A stretch of DNA of 52,166 nucleotides from Bigelowiella natans CCMP2755 (lineage: Eukaryota; Protista; Cercozoa): assembly GCA_000320545.1 (NCBI GenBank), contig ADNK01002756.1:1-52166 (forward strand). The letters run 5' to 3'. A program made the translations under genes and the position numbers. The notes under the pieces are model-generated. The model had not been told where the DNA came from and searched no databases. It saw only the letters and a program-made list of their open reading frames with translations. The first letter of the stretch is position 1, and each line of letters starts with the position of its first letter. This document shows, in pieces, positions 50,608 to 52,166 of this stretch.

Positions 50608-51266
50608 GGGTGCTCAAACACACACACACACACCTCAGACTTGCCCAGATCGTGTTCGTCGTCCATCTTCTCGCGCATATCTGTTCATATTATATATACA
50701 TATATTATTTGTATGTGTATGTGTGCTAGCTTGCTTTGTCTGTGTGTGGGGAGGGGAGGGGGGGGATAGCTTCGCTCGCAAAATCTATGTCCTACTACTA
50801 CCACTACTACTGCTAGTATTACTAAAATCTACTACTACAAATATCTACCAACCTCCTGTCGCAATGGCTGGTACATTATAAATGCCAATCTTCCTAGATT
50901 CCTTCACTGAGAACCCAAGTCCTGTGCACGGCATATCATCATCATCATCGTCGTCGTCGTCGTCGTATTAACAGGGCTTCATGAGGATCAAGGAAAACAC
51001 TAACGTGCATTGAAGCTCGATATTTGACTCTCTGTGTTTGTGTGTTTGCCTACAATGAAACAACTATATTCTCCCCTTTTCTCCCCCCCACCCCCCATTT
51101 TTCTTTTCCTCTCTGTCTCGCGGACAGGCAGATGGGCTGCTATCCAACTACTTTCGAGGTTTTCCAGAATCTCAGGAATAAGGGGGGAGGACGATAGCTC
51201 GGCTTCTCTTCTCTGAGCAGTAACTTCAAACGCCTAACAGCATCCAACAATACGTTGTATAAATAT

Positions 51267-51345
<79 letters not shown>

Positions 51346-52166
51346 AGAGAGTCACGCATACAGCCCGCAATATAGCTCTCCCATCCATTCCCCACCCCCC
51401 TCTCCGCACCTTAAGCGAATCGAGCAATATCAGTGATTGAGGGGCGGGCAGCTTGAGGTGCTGGTCCTGATATCAAATGAATAGTAACTGAGATTGTGTG
51501 TGGCGACTTATATATATACATATGTATACTATGAAAAAAACCATTTTCACCGGAAGAGATGCTAACACGCAGGAGGCGCTATTGACAACGCCAATGGCTA
51601 TTCCCTTGGCTGCTGCTTCTTTTGTGCGCCGTGTTGTGTTTGTTTGGTCAGGTGATAGGGAAAGTGAAAATCATCGTAGCATAGAGCATTTCTCTGCTCT
51701 CTCTTTCTCACAAGCAAGGAAACATTCCAAAGGTCTGCTATTAGTCCATTAAAATGCTAGCTACCACAGTACCGCTGAGACTGAAGGGACCCCATAGGGT
51801 TGAGGGTTCTGATAAGGCATAGTGGGTGGGGAGGGGGGGGAGGAGAAACAAATGTTGGTATTATGAAGACGTTCTTATCCTCGCTCTATGCACACACACA
51901 CACACACATTATGTGTGTGTGTGTGTGCGTGTTTGTGAATAATCTACCAAACGCTCATCGACGTTCTTGGCATAATAGTATGTTTCGAACAACGAGCTTA
52001 GCTCTTCCGTTGTGAGTCTGGGGGAGGAGGAGGAGGAGGAGGAGGAGGAGTGGGGAAAAGGAGGAAAAACAAGGTTAGATAAATCAAATGACATAAGCAT
52101 CATCTACTCACATAATGTGCGTATGTGGGAGAGAGTGTGTGTGAGTGTGAGTGTGTGTGTGTCTAT
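48580..52166 (-). CDS. 3' part of a many-exon RAP-domain protein (FASTK/OPR-like, probably organellar RNA-binding); 5' part beyond the right edge, 3' end approximate
   Basis: Exons: LTTEELSSLFETYYYAKNVDERL (helical-repeat like), LGFSVKESRKIGIYNVPAIA, VGLRKVRELLMREKGYEPLLINVDEFNRVS|GFGKRAQYIEGVVLK (RAP C-terminal pattern .k.rlL...Gy.vv.I...eW...r..Yl), then AAWESRKRVLEEREREK. Confidence 0.65.

Overview
Eukaryotic nuclear DNA from an intron-rich protist: short GT-AG exons, introns full of microsatellites, and a TTAGGG repeat. A chlorarachniophyte/rhizarian-type genome is my guess from style only. I spliced exons by eye and can support about nine protein-coding loci: the 5' part of a CHAT-like protein, a SAM-like protein with an internal repeat, a clear microcephalin/MCPH1-type triple-BRCT gene, two large mucin-stalk + Cys-rich + multi-TM receptor-like genes, an acidic/coiled-coil unknown, two short unknown ORFs, a zinc-finger protein and a RAP-domain protein. 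There is also one tRNA-Arg(CCT). The most striking signal is non-coding: six tracts of about 1-1.5 kb rich in CTAG/TGCA/CATG/AGCT. In three of them TpA is almost absent except inside CTAG. Every tract lies just downstream of a gene 3' end, and none lies in a divergent-promoter interval. This suggests an undescribed DNA modification or hypermutation system linked to transcription termination. Most short ORFs in the supplied track are microsatellite or antisense artefacts. Gene boundaries and counts were done by hand and are approximate where stated.
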